Shown piece after piece: positions 9,439 to 19,080 of a stretch of DNA of 64,000 nucleotides. How positions within the stretch are numbered: the stretch's first letter is position 1; each line of letters starts with the position of its first letter. Origin of the DNA: an uncultured Alphaproteobacteria bacterium (GTDB lineage: Bacteria; Pseudomonadota; Alphaproteobacteria; Rs-D84); assembly GCA_947053455.1 (NCBI GenBank), contig CAMRSV010000001.1, forward strand, positions 177,010 to 241,009. The letters are read 5' to 3'. A model generated the notes under the pieces. The model was given only the letters and a program-made list of their open reading frames with translations, made no database searches and was not told where the DNA came from. The position numbers and the translations under genes were made by a program.

Positions 9439-11661
9439 ATGCCAGACAAGTTCAAGATTTTATCCGCCGGTGGAAAGGGCAAGGGCCTGAATATATTCAA
9501 GTCCAGCGCATATAAGGAACACGAACGTGTCCCAATGGCGCGCGAGTTCTGGATGCTGCGCTGGGCGATTGGGATATGGATTGCGTGCGCGTTGGCATTC
9601 GGATTTTCATTTGTGGCAGAGCATATCTGGCGCTATGGTTGGTCGCCGGCCACGGCACATTGGACAAAAATTTATCTGACAAATATGCTGATGACGGGCG
9701 GCTTGTCCGTCGTGGCGGAAATTCCCGCGTGGATTATGCGTTCCGTAATGCGAACTGATATGATGTGTATGGCGCCACTGATACCGATTGTTGCGTATTA
9801 TTTCATGTCGGACGGCGAATTGACCAAGGAGTTTAACCCCAACGCCAAGGACAAGTTTGAAGAAAAAACATCGCGCAAGGCGAACAAGGAAGATATTGAA
9901 AAAATGGGTCTGCTGAATGGGTTCATGATGGTTTTGGGGTATTTCAAGAAAAAGCCGCTGATGTTCAATGAATGTCTGTCGACGTTATGCGTGGCACCCC
10001 CCGGAACCGGTAAGACACAGGGTGTCGTTTTGCCGACTATTTTTGACACGACCGATGTTTCAATGATTATCAATGACCCGAAACCGGAATTGAAACAAAA
10101 ATCATCAGCATATCGTGCGTCAATCGGACCGACGTTTATCATGAATTGGGCGGGGCAAGATGACCCGGCGCGCGGAATATATTACCCATCGTGGAACCCG
10201 TTGTCGCCTGAACACGTCCCGTTTAATACAGAACAACGCGATTTGTACATTGATTCCATGTGCAAGGTGTTAATTCCGGACAACACTTCTTCATCAGCTG
10301 ACCCGCACTGGACTATTTCTGGTCGTGCGGCACTGTCTGGTATGGTGCAGTTCATTGTTTCCAAGGTAGAACGTGCCAAGGCGGACGACTATTTTTACGC
10401 ACGCATTCAATCCGGCGAATTTAACGCCGAAGATGCGGCGGTTCTTTCCGATTATTATTTATCAATGATGAATGACCCGAACGCATATGCGGCAAGTGCG
10501 CTGCTGGCGCGTGGGGAACTAAATGCGGCCAACTATGTCCATGTTGGTACTTGGGAAAATATTCCTGATGCGTGGGTTGGTCGCGAGGCGTCGCTTTCCA
10601 TGATTTTGGACTGGTTAAACGCGTCACAGATTGCCATTGCCCAGAATTTAGAGGAACGCCGTCGCCAAGGTGACCAGATGGTTATGATGGCCGATCCGAT
10701 GAAAGATTTGCTGCAAGGCGCAGTGGAAGAGGCGCGCCGCTATGCGTATGCGCATCGATCAATTTTGGAACTGACCCAGTTGGCGAACACCCCGGACAAG
10801 GAACGCGGCTCTATTTTGTCCACCGCAATGGCCGGGTTGTCGATATTCCGTAATGCGGCGGTTAAAAACCGCACCAGCCATTCGGATTTTCATTTTGCAG
10901 ATTTGCGTGGCATGATTGACCCGCGTGATGGCAAGATGAAACCGGTGACGGTCTATTTATCGATAAACATGGTTGATGCCCAGGCATTGAATCCAATTAC
11001 GGGTATATTTATCGAACTGATGTCAAATTTCCTGTTGGCAAATATTCCAAATCAGGTCGGGGCGAATGGCGAAAAAATGGGGCCATATCCTGTGTTGTTC
11101 GTGTTGGATGAAATGCCGAAAATGCAAAAACTTGAGGCTGTGATTCAAGGTCCAGACCTTGGGCGTGGACAATCGATTTCATATCTGATAATCGGCCAGG
11201 ATTTGCACCAGATTGCTGAAAAATATGGTAATGATGCGGCGGCAACTATCATTTCAACAACCGCGGCAAAAATTGTTCTGCGCCAAAATGACCCGGACAC
11301 CGCCACAAGATTTTCGAACATGATGGGCGAAAAGATGGAGAAAAAGAAAGAAAAGGGTCCCGACGGCAAGGAAGTTGAGGTGACAAAGAAAGAATTGCTG
11401 TTTACGCCTATGGACATTATGCGCCTGGATAAGAAAAAACAATTGGTTATATATCAGGGATGGTATCACCGACCGATTGAGGCCGACCATCAACCGGCAT
11501 GGCAGGATTCGCGTTTGTCCGGCTATATGGCCATGGGCGAGGCAGCGCCGCTGCCGGAATTTTTGATACCGTCGCATCATGCGATATTGGGTTATACGGG
11601 CACACCGCGCATTTATAATCCCATGACAGAAGAAATACGCGAACTTGCCCCATTGAAATAA
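9439..11661 (+). CDS. Type IV secretion or conjugative coupling protein (TraG/VirD4/TrwB family ATPase)
   Basis: It has two N-terminal TM helices, the Walker A LCVAPPGTGKTQGVVLPTIF, the Walker B VLFVLDEMPKM and the C-terminal TraG-D signature (YLIIGQDLHQIAEKYG, RQNDPDTATRFSNMMGEK). No other T4SS genes are in the window. Confidence 0.8.
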   Translation: MPDKFKILSAGGKGKGLNIFKSSAYKEHERVPMAREFWMLRWAIGIWIACALAFGFSFVAEHIWRYGWSPATAHWTKIYLTNMLMTGGLSVVAEIPAWIMRSVMRTDMMCMAPLIPIVAYYFMSDGELTKEFNPNAKDKFEEKTSRKANKEDIEKMGLLNGFMMVLGYFKKKPLMFNECLSTLCVAPPGTGKTQGVVLPTIFDTTDVSMIINDPKPELKQKSSAYRASIGPTFIMNWAGQDDPARGIYYPSWNPLSPEHVPFNTEQRDLYIDSMCKVLIPDNTSSSADPHWTISGRAALSGMVQFIVSKVERAKADDYFYARIQSGEFNAEDAAVLSDYYLSMMNDPNAYAASALLARGELNAANYVHVGTWENIPDAWVGREASLSMILDWLNASQIAIAQNLEERRRQGDQMVMMADPMKDLLQGAVEEARRYAYAHRSILELTQLANTPDKERGSILSTAMAGLSIFRNAAVKNRTSHSDFHFADLRGMIDPRDGKMKPVTVYLSINMVDAQALNPITGIFIELMSNFLLANIPNQVGANGEKMGPYPVLFVLDEMPKMQKLEAVIQGPDLGRGQSISYLIIGQDLHQIAEKYGNDAAATIISTTAAKIVLRQNDPDTATRFSNMMGEKMEKKKEKGPDGKEVEVTKKELLFTPMDIMRLDKKKQLVIYQGWYHRPIEADHQPAWQDSRLSGYMAMGEAAPLPEFLIPSHHAILGYTGTPRIYNPMTEEIRELAPLK

Positions 11662-11680
11662 TTAAAAATAAGCCGCCATT

Positions 11681-11986
11681 TTATAAATTAGGCACGCAAA
11701 TAATTGTCGCCATAAACACAATTATACATAATGATAATATATGCCCCGCCCAATGCAGGTAAGATGTGTATGGGTCGGCATAATTTTGTTGCATCATTCG
11801 GACAAAGAATCTGAAATGATTATCGCGGGCGCGCCGGTCGCTAAAATCCACCGAATATTTTTCGCCATCAATAAAGTTAAAAATAATTTGATATTTTGGA
11901 TTGGCGCCGTATATATTTTTACAATAAATAACGCATTTTGATACCCGCATTGTCCAATTATGCTGAAAAAGCCATTGTTTGGTCAT
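11681..11986 (-). CDS. Hypothetical small protein in an AT-rich stretch
   Basis: This is an ORF with a C-terminal hydrophobic segment in a region of about 35% GC. The longer track ORF (to 12145) would run across the repeat module, so the internal Met at 11986 was chosen. The evidence is weak. Confidence 0.3.
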   Translation of the reverse strand: MTKQWLFQHNWTMRVSKCVIYCKNIYGANPKYQIIFNFIDGEKYSVDFSDRRARDNHFRFFVRMMQQNYADPYTSYLHWAGHILSLCIIVFMATIICVPNL

Positions 11987-12018
11987 CTGCCCATCGCTTT
12001 GTTGAATATAAGAACAAA

Positions 12019-12123
12019 GACCGTCAGCAAGATGACGGTCGGGGTGTTGATAAATCAAACAACTAGTGATCCCGTTGCTTTCGACTTTCGCCTGTTGTAT
12101 GGCAACGGCACCCCGACCATTTA
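12019..12123. repeat. Partial copy of the GGTCGGGGTG repeat module
   Basis: GGTCGGGGTG at 12037-12046 and its reverse complement CACCCCGACCAT at 12109-12120 flank a 62-bp core. An extra hairpin GACCGTCagcaagatGACGGTC is also present. The architecture matches modules inside the repeats at 19228-19323 and 30972-31047. Confidence 0.6.
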
Positions 12124-12413
12124 AGATCAGGGATATTAACGACAATAACCATAGGAGCGTTATGCTAAAGCGTCCGGTTATGCCGAGTTGTTTGGGCTTA
12201 TCAAGGCCCCGAACACCGGATCCCGCCGATGTTCAATTTCACTATATCAGGAAAAAATGATATTTGCAACAAATTCCGGGCATTTATCGCAAATTCGCCA
12301 CCGCGACCGGCATGTTTCCACATGCCTATTTGCTTGTTTGCCCCCCCCCTTTGTTCGGGGGTTCTTCGTCCCTATATTAAAAATTAAAACCGACACAAGG
12401 TCGGCTTGAATTT

Positions 12414-12490
12414 TGGTAGCGGGAGAGGGACTTGAACCCCCGACACGTGGAGTATGATTCCACTGCTCTAACCAGCTGAGCTACCCCGCC
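12414..12490 (-). tRNA. tRNA-Met (anticodon CAT; possibly the initiator or lysidine-Ile isoacceptor)
   Basis: A cloverleaf was folded by eye. The anticodon arm is GTGGA-ATCATAC-TCCAC, the T-loop is GGTTCAAGTCC and the 3' end is CCA. A hairpin with a T-run follows downstream. Confidence 0.75.
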
Positions 12491-12763
12491 AATGCACCGC
12501 ATTATAACAGACATTTTTTTAAATGCAAGAAACAATTCGTTTGATTTTGCGACCCACCCCGGTTATTATTAATTTGACGTCGGGTATTCCGGCGTTGGGA
12601 TTCAACACCCATTGTATGCGCGTCTTGGCGGACGTTAAATGCTCCTGCAAGTGGCAGGAGTGCGATGCCATATATTGAAAACATCGCGCTATTGCGCATA
12701 CGATAGTGTTGAAACTCCTGCCGTTTTATTTAAAACGGCTTTAATTATTTCAACACAAGGAGT

Positions 12764-13684
12764 ATGCAAATGTACAAACATTGGAAATTTCGCGAACAGG
12801 TCGCGAAAACAGCATCAATATTTTTTAGGTCGAAGATAAAGCGCAGATATGTGCGCGATAAAATAAGATTTCATGATTTTATCCAATCTGTTGGTGTGCA
12901 GGATGTGCCTTTGAAAAAGTATGCAAGGCCAATCGATATCGCGTTCTGTTTTGATGGGCGGGGTGCAAATCTGGCCGCGGTGGCGGTGCGATCGCTGGTT
13001 GATGCGGCGGCGGGGCTTTGCAATTATGCAGTATATTGCGTTGTTGACGATACTGTAACCGCTGCGCAGAAACGCACGATTGAGAAAATGGTGGCGCATA
13101 CCGATTCCACGATGACTTTTTTGCCGGCAAATCATGATTTTGACGCGGCGCGCCGCGCCGGATGGCCGGTTTCAATATGGTATCGAATGATGCTGCCGAA
13201 ATTGCTGCCAGATGTCGAGAAAATAATTTATGCGGATATTGATACAATATTTTTTCGTGATTTGGTGGAACTTGCGAGGATTGACATGGGTAAGAACCTG
13301 GTCGCGGGTGTGCCTGCGCATGGGAACAAATATATGAATTCAGGCTTTCTGGTTTTGAATTTGCAGCAAATTCGCGCGGAAAAACTTTATGAAAAATGGG
13401 TTGGGGTTGCGCAAATTAAAAACTATCGCCATCCAGATCAGGATTTGTTGAATTTTACCACACGTGGCCGTGCAATTTATTTGCCCCTGCGGTATAATTT
13501 TCAGACATATATGGGACGCCGGGTATTCAAACTATATTCTACCCGTGAATTAGAGGATTTACGTCATAACCTGGTCGTTATGCATTATTCAAATTGGATT
13601 AAGCCGTGGAGTGCCCAGGGACAGCGCCCCGTGTTTTCCGAATATTGGTGGGATGTGGCAAAAAAGACCGGACTGTATAAGTAA
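12764..13684 (+). CDS. Glycosyltransferase family 8 (LPS alpha-1,2/1,3-glycosyltransferase-like, RfaJ/WaaJ-type)
   Basis: GT8 signatures are present. These are the DxD motif YADIDTIFF, NSGFLVLNL and the C-terminal HYSNWIKPW (the H-x-x-G/N-x-x-KPW motif). Confidence 0.75.
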   Translation: MQMYKHWKFREQVAKTASIFFRSKIKRRYVRDKIRFHDFIQSVGVQDVPLKKYARPIDIAFCFDGRGANLAAVAVRSLVDAAAGLCNYAVYCVVDDTVTAAQKRTIEKMVAHTDSTMTFLPANHDFDAARRAGWPVSIWYRMMLPKLLPDVEKIIYADIDTIFFRDLVELARIDMGKNLVAGVPAHGNKYMNSGFLVLNLQQIRAEKLYEKWVGVAQIKNYRHPDQDLLNFTTRGRAIYLPLRYNFQTYMGRRVFKLYSTRELEDLRHNLVVMHYSNWIKPWSAQGQRPVFSEYWWDVAKKTGLYK

Positions 13685-13776
13685 TATACAGTCCAGGATT
13701 TTGTTCATATAATTAATTATTGTGTTGTTTAATGAATGTTGTTGCATTATTTAGTGTTATGTTATATATTTTTCGT

Positions 13777-14343
13777 ATGAAAAAAATCGTGGCAATTTTG
13801 GGTGGTTTAGTATGTGTGGTGTGTGTAGTCCCGGCGCATGCGTTTAACCCGTTTATGGGTGAAAATGAAAACCAGATTGCCGTAAATATAGGCCAGGGCG
13901 TAAACAGCGGATTCATTATTCCGCCACCTGAACAATTTGTGCCGTTTTATATGTTGCCGAATATTCAATATTCCCAGCCCACAACGTTTTTCAAGTTGCC
14001 CGCGCGCCAGTCGTTGAATTTTGGTGAAACGGTTGGTATGGCGAAAAAATACGGCTGGGATTGGCCGGATTATTCAATCCCTATGATTTTTGCGTCGGGT
14101 GACGTGGCGCTGCTGTATGGGTGCAATTGGTACCTGTCTGCAGGTGCGGGTGTGGGGCTGCAGGCAAAACAGAATGAACGCCTGGGGGCGAAATTATTGT
14201 TCCAGTTCAAATTGATTGCCGGATACAGATTTACCAAACATTGGGGCGGTGAATTTTTTATTCAACACTTTTCCAATGCCAATACGGCTGATGAAAATAA
14301 TTCCTATGCCTTTTATGGTCTGGGGGTGACGTACAGTTTTTAA
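13777..14343 (+). CDS. pagL: Outer-membrane lipid A 3-O-deacylase, PagL-like
   Basis: It has a signal peptide and is about 170 aa mature, ending in a C-terminal Phe. The His/Ser motif HFSNAN matches the PagL HxSNG active-site region. Confidence 0.55.
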   Translation: MKKIVAILGGLVCVVCVVPAHAFNPFMGENENQIAVNIGQGVNSGFIIPPPEQFVPFYMLPNIQYSQPTTFFKLPARQSLNFGETVGMAKKYGWDWPDYSIPMIFASGDVALLYGCNWYLSAGAGVGLQAKQNERLGAKLLFQFKLIAGYRFTKHWGGEFFIQHFSNANTADENNSYAFYGLGVTYSF

Positions 14344-14345
14344 TA

Positions 14346-15005
14346 TTAAGCAGTCTTGTCGTGTGCGGTGCAAATTCCGACAACGGGGCATGACGCACAT
14401 TGTGGGCGCAGTGCTTTGCAAGTATAGCGGCCATGGAGAACCATTACGTGATTTACCATTGCATGATATTTTTTTGGAATGATTTGCAGTAATTTTTCCT
14501 CTACCTTTTCAGGCGTATTGGCATCAACCCCAACCCAGCCGTACCGGTGCGCGTTGCGGAATACGTGTGTGTCGACCCCGATATTCGGCATTCCCCACAT
14601 AACGTTCATAATAACATTTGCGGTCTTTTGCCCAATGCCCGGCAGTTTCATTAGTTGTTCGCGGTCATGATATTTTTTCGGAAATTTGTAGTCCGTTTCA
14701 TTTGCACCGTCTTCATTCATCAATTGCGCCGAAAGTCTCATAATACTGCGCGCCTTGTTGTTAAAAAACGATATGACACGAATATACTCTTTTAATCCGT
14801 CTTCCCCCAGCGCCAGCATTTTTGCGGGTGTGGGCGCGACGCGGAATAGGGCGGGCGTCACCTCATTCACCTTTTTATCGGTTGCCTGGGCGGACAAAAT
14901 CACTGCCACTGCGAACGTGAATTCGTTCGTGGAATAGAGTTCGGACCGAATATTCATATCAACTGTTTTGGGTACGGCCTTAAAATACTGCTCTGGTGTC
15001 ATCAT
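14346..15005 (-). CDS. nth: Endonuclease III (DNA glycosylase/AP lyase)
   Basis: The HhH-GPD motif LPGIGQKTANVIMNVMWGMPNIGVDTHVFR is present, as is the C-terminal 4Fe-4S cluster C-x6-C-x2-C-x5-C. Confidence 0.92.
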   Translation of the reverse strand: MMTPEQYFKAVPKTVDMNIRSELYSTNEFTFAVAVILSAQATDKKVNEVTPALFRVAPTPAKMLALGEDGLKEYIRVISFFNNKARSIMRLSAQLMNEDGANETDYKFPKKYHDREQLMKLPGIGQKTANVIMNVMWGMPNIGVDTHVFRNAHRYGWVGVDANTPEKVEEKLLQIIPKKYHAMVNHVMVLHGRYTCKALRPQCASCPVVGICTAHDKTA

Positions 15006-15008
15006 GGG

Positions 15009-15398
15009 TTACCACCGTGTCGGGATTTCAAAATTCGGTTTTTTATGCAATTCGTCGCCAACTTTTTTATCACACAGTGCTGGGCACCCCGATTCACACA
15101 ATGTATTTGCGTCCACCGCGTTCGCCGCCTGGAATTCCAGGTGGTTTACTGATTCAAGGTCCCAGAATGTCGCTTTGCGCGTGTCATCGGAAATAAAACA
15201 TAGACACTTTGCAAAATATCCGATGATTTTATCGTTCTTGTTGTAAATTGGTTCCGCATCACGGCATCCATAGGATATTTCATATTTGTGTGCCGTGTTT
15301 TGCGGATTTGACATGCGTTTTATATCGCTGCCAAGTCCCATATAGAACCCCAGCATCGCCGTAGTACAGAGTATCAAAATCCAAATTATTTTTTTCAT
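15009..15398 (-). CDS. Hypothetical secreted Cys-containing protein
   Basis: It has a signal peptide (MKKIIWILILCTTAMLG), 8 Cys residues and no recognisable family. Confidence 0.4.
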   Translation of the reverse strand: MKKIIWILILCTTAMLGFYMGLGSDIKRMSNPQNTAHKYEISYGCRDAEPIYNKNDKIIGYFAKCLCFISDDTRKATFWDLESVNHLEFQAANAVDANTLCESGCPALCDKKVGDELHKKPNFEIPTRW

Positions 15399-15415
15399 GT
15401 ATTTTGTTTTCTCCT

Positions 15416-18400
15416 TTATGCCTTTTGCAGACAGATTGCAAACTTGTGACCTTCAATCACGGTGTCAAAATCCGCGGCGTCGCCCGCATTCATATCAACA
15501 ATTAATGCGTCGCGCATGATGCGTTCGCGATGATTTTCTAACGCCGCCGATAAATCTGCATCCGCCGCGTATGTCAGTTTTATTCGGTCAGACACATCAA
15601 GGCCGGCGGCCTTTCGTGTGTCCTGGATAAAGCGCAGCGCATCGTTTGCCAACCCTTCGGCCGCAAGTTCCGACGTGACGGTCGTATCAATCACAATCGC
15701 CGCCGTATTGTCAGGCAGAGCCGCGCCCGTAATCCCCGCTTTTACCGTCAGGCGGTTTTCAAATTCATCCGAATTTAATTCGTGTCCCGCCGCCGTCAGT
15801 TTATCACCATGGATTTCATATTTGCCGCTTTTTACCGCTGGTATGATTTCTTTTAGTGCACCACCGAGCCTGGCGCCGATTTTCGGCGTAATCAGGTATA
15901 CGAACGCATCTGCAACAGATGTGGCATCCGGGGTGAATTCAACTGTCTTGACGTTCAGTTCATCGCGTATAATGTCCGCATATGCCGACAAATCTGCGCC
16001 CGCCACCGTGATGCGCGACAACGGCAACCGATTGCGCAGTTTATAGTTTTCGCGCAACTGTTTCCCAACCGACACAACCGATTGCACCCGGCGCATGTCG
16101 GTTACAATTTGCGTGTCTGTACCGCAGTGGCCTGGGAAATCGGTTAGATGAACACTGGCTCCACCCGTTAGATTTCGATAAATGTATTCCGAGATAAACG
16201 GTGCAAATGGCGCCATCAGGCGGCACAATGTTACCAGTACATGATGTAATACGTTGAATGCCGTCTGTTCTTCGTCCCAGAAACGCGCGCGCCCGCGGCG
16301 GATGTACCAGTTGTTTAAGATATCCAGGAAGCGGACAAACGCGTTAACGGCGGCGTCTGGCTTGTATTCATCCAAAACGGCGCCAACCGTTGCGGTCAAT
16401 TCGTCTAATTCGGCCAAAATATATTTATCCAGCGGATTAGATGACGATGTGTCATTCGTTGCGACAACCGTGCCCGCATTGGCATAGAGTGTAAAGAAAT
16501 GATACGCGTTCCACAGCGGTGTTAAAATCGTTTTTGCGGTTTCATTAAATACCTTGCCTTCCTTGTCCACGGGGACGGGTTCGGCCTTCATAAAATTAGA
16601 CCCCAGGATAAATAGGCGTATCGCATCCGCGCCGAATTGTTCAATCTGGGTTTCGGGGTTTACAAAGTTTTTCAGCGATTTTGAAAACTTCTTTTTGTTT
16701 TCATCAACCACCATGCCGTTTGCAGATACGGTTTTGAACGCCGGCTTGTCCCACATCGCGGTGGCCAGCACCATTAGCGCATAAAACCATCCGCGGGTTT
16801 GATCCTGGCCCTCGATAATATAGTCGGCGGGGAAAGTCGCGGCAAAGCGGTCGGCATTTTCAAACGGATAGTGCAGGGATGCCCACGGCATAGAACCAGA
16901 TTCCACCCAGCAATCCAATACGTCCGGTATGCGTTCCCAACCGTCTTTTTTCAATGCGTCCAGTGTCGGTCGGTGCAAATCTTGTATCTTTACGCCAAAA
17001 AAGTCCTCTAGTTCCTGGATTGAACCGAACACTTTGTATTCGCCGTCGCGTGTCCAAATCGGCAGCGGGGTTCCCCAAAAACGATTGCGCGAAATAGACC
17101 ATGGGCGTGCGTTTTCAATCCATGTGCGGAACCGTTCACCGGCCGATGTCCAGTTGACCTTTGCATTATTGGCCAGCAGTTTGTCCTTGATTTTCGGCAC
17201 ATCGATATACCATGAATCCGTGGCGCGGTAAATCAGTTTTTCCTTTGACCGGTCGCCGTACGGGTAAGAGTGCTTGTACTGTTCCTTTTTAACCAGGTGC
17301 CCCGTGTTTTTCAGGTGTTCGATGATTTTTGGGCCGGCTGCAAATATGTTTTCGCCCGCAAAATCACGCACCGTTTCATCAAAGTTGCCGTAGTTGTCGA
17401 CATTTAATAATACCGGGAATTTCGGGTCCTGTGCCTTGGCCGCCCAGAAGTCGTCCGCCCCATATGCCGGCGCAATATGCACGATGCCGGTACCGTCACT
17501 GTCGGAAACATAGTCGGCCGGAATTACCCGATACAGCAATCCCGTTTCGTTTTCATAATAATCAAACAGTGGCTTGTACCGCATCCCGACCAAATCTGCG
17601 CCGGTTATACTGCCCACTTTTTCGGCGTTTGCAAATTGCTTTTCATATGCCGCAACGCGCGTTTCGGCCACGATATAAATCGCGCCATCGCTATCGCGCA
17701 TGCGCACGTATTTCATGGCGGGGTTTACGGCCAATGCAGAATTTGCCGGCAGTGTCCACGGCGTTGTCGTCCATGCGATTATGCGTTCGCCATTTTCTAG
17801 TTCGAACCACACCGTTACCGCGTCATCAATGACATCACGGTAATCCTGTGACGCCTCGGAATTAGAAACAACGGTGCCGTTGACCCAGTCGAACGGGTTC
17901 ACCGAATAATCTTTGTACAGCAATCCCTTTTCATATAATGACTTAAGCGTCCAGAGCATGGATTCCATATAGTTTTTATCCATGGTTTTGTAACCATACC
18001 CGTCGCCGATGTCGACCCAACGACCCATGCGGCGAATAAATTTTTCCCATTCGGTCGTGTATGTCATAACATCACGCCGGCATGCATCACAGAACGCGGC
18101 AATCCCGTCGTCAGAGACAATATCCTTGGCGGATTTGCCCAGTTTTTTTTCAACGCTGTTTTCGGCGGGCAACCCGTGACAATCCCAGCCCAGTTCGCGC
18201 CGCACGTGACGGCCGCGCATCGTTTGATAACGGCAAACCATGTCTTTGACCGCGGAAACGCCCAAATGTCCCCAATGCGGCAGACCGTTTCCAAACGGTG
18301 GCCCGTCATAGAAAGAAAACGGTTCGCCCATTTTGGTTTTGTTCAAACTTTTGTGGAATGTATCGTCATTTTTCCAAAATTCCAATATTTCGCGTTCGAT

Positions 18401-18448
18401 TGCCGGAAAGTCCGCGCGTGGGTCTGTCTTTGGGTATGCCATTTTCAT
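15416..18448 (-). CDS. ileS: Isoleucyl-tRNA synthetase, type 2 (eukaryote-like)
   Basis: The HIGH-region reads PFGNGLPHWGH and the KMSKS motif reads KFSKSLKN. There is no C-terminal Zn-finger extension of the bacterial type; the 1010-aa architecture is typical of type-2 IleS. Confidence 0.93.
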   Translation of the reverse strand: MKMAYPKTDPRADFPAIEREILEFWKNDDTFHKSLNKTKMGEPFSFYDGPPFGNGLPHWGHLGVSAVKDMVCRYQTMRGRHVRRELGWDCHGLPAENSVEKKLGKSAKDIVSDDGIAAFCDACRRDVMTYTTEWEKFIRRMGRWVDIGDGYGYKTMDKNYMESMLWTLKSLYEKGLLYKDYSVNPFDWVNGTVVSNSEASQDYRDVIDDAVTVWFELENGERIIAWTTTPWTLPANSALAVNPAMKYVRMRDSDGAIYIVAETRVAAYEKQFANAEKVGSITGADLVGMRYKPLFDYYENETGLLYRVIPADYVSDSDGTGIVHIAPAYGADDFWAAKAQDPKFPVLLNVDNYGNFDETVRDFAGENIFAAGPKIIEHLKNTGHLVKKEQYKHSYPYGDRSKEKLIYRATDSWYIDVPKIKDKLLANNAKVNWTSAGERFRTWIENARPWSISRNRFWGTPLPIWTRDGEYKVFGSIQELEDFFGVKIQDLHRPTLDALKKDGWERIPDVLDCWVESGSMPWASLHYPFENADRFAATFPADYIIEGQDQTRGWFYALMVLATAMWDKPAFKTVSANGMVVDENKKKFSKSLKNFVNPETQIEQFGADAIRLFILGSNFMKAEPVPVDKEGKVFNETAKTILTPLWNAYHFFTLYANAGTVVATNDTSSSNPLDKYILAELDELTATVGAVLDEYKPDAAVNAFVRFLDILNNWYIRRGRARFWDEEQTAFNVLHHVLVTLCRLMAPFAPFISEYIYRNLTGGASVHLTDFPGHCGTDTQIVTDMRRVQSVVSVGKQLRENYKLRNRLPLSRITVAGADLSAYADIIRDELNVKTVEFTPDATSVADAFVYLITPKIGARLGGALKEIIPAVKSGKYEIHGDKLTAAGHELNSDEFENRLTVKAGITGAALPDNTAAIVIDTTVTSELAAEGLANDALRFIQDTRKAAGLDVSDRIKLTYAADADLSAALENHRERIMRDALIVDMNAGDAADFDTVIEGHKFAICLQKA

Positions 18449-18562
18449 TTCCTTTGTGTATTATTATAAAAAATGGGCGCCATATGCGCTCCGGACCACC
18501 GCCAAAGCGCAGTGCCGAATTATTTTATAATAATTATTGTTGCCTGATTCATAGTTAAAATC

Positions 18563-18638
18563 TGGTGCCGGTGATAGGACTTGAACCTACGACCCCCTCA
18601 TTACGAATGAGATGCTCTACCAACTGAGCTACACCGGC
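18563..18638 (-). tRNA. tRNA-Thr (anticodon CGT)
   Basis: The cloverleaf is GCCGGTG...TCTCA-TTCGTAA-TGAGG...GGTTCAAGTCC...CACCGGC-A-CCA. Confidence 0.85.
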
Positions 18639-18745
18639 GTTGCCGCAATCATAATATATGTTTTTAAAAAATTCCAGAATAAAATAAATTTTTTTGGGAT
18701 TTGTTTCGCCTGTTGATGTGGTTTTAATTTTGTTATATTCGCCAC

Positions 18746-19072
18746 ATGTATGATTTTTTGATAAATTACGGACTGGTTACAATAAAACTGATTATGGCAA
18801 TCGGGGTGGCGGTGATATACCTGCGATTTTTCAATGCTGCGGCGCAAATTGAACCAAACGGCGATTTAACTATTGTACGCAAGGGCGCCAAAAAGTATTC
18901 GGTTGTAATTATTGATAACGGGGATGTGGATGCGGACGCATTGGTGGAAATCGGGCGTGGTGAAAAATGGCTGATGCGGGAACTAAAGAAAAAGAAAATA
19001 AAGAACATGGATGAGGTGCTGCTGGCACAGTGGCATAATAACCGCCTGCAGATAATAAAAAAAGAAGGATGA
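18746..19072 (+). CDS. Hypothetical small membrane protein
   Basis: It has an N-terminal TM helix and a charged Lys-rich C-terminus. No family was assigned. Confidence 0.35.
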   Translation: MYDFLINYGLVTIKLIMAIGVAVIYLRFFNAAAQIEPNGDLTIVRKGAKKYSVVIIDNGDVDADALVEIGRGEKWLMRELKKKKIKNMDEVLLAQWHNNRLQIIKKEG

Positions 19073-19080
19073 GGCGGAAT

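Noticed and set aside
12066-12409. Small plus-strand ORFs (64 and 73 aa) between the repeat module and tRNA-Met
   Set aside because: They overlap the repeat module, a poly-C tract and the tRNA terminator hairpin. They have no ribosome-binding site and are likely non-coding.
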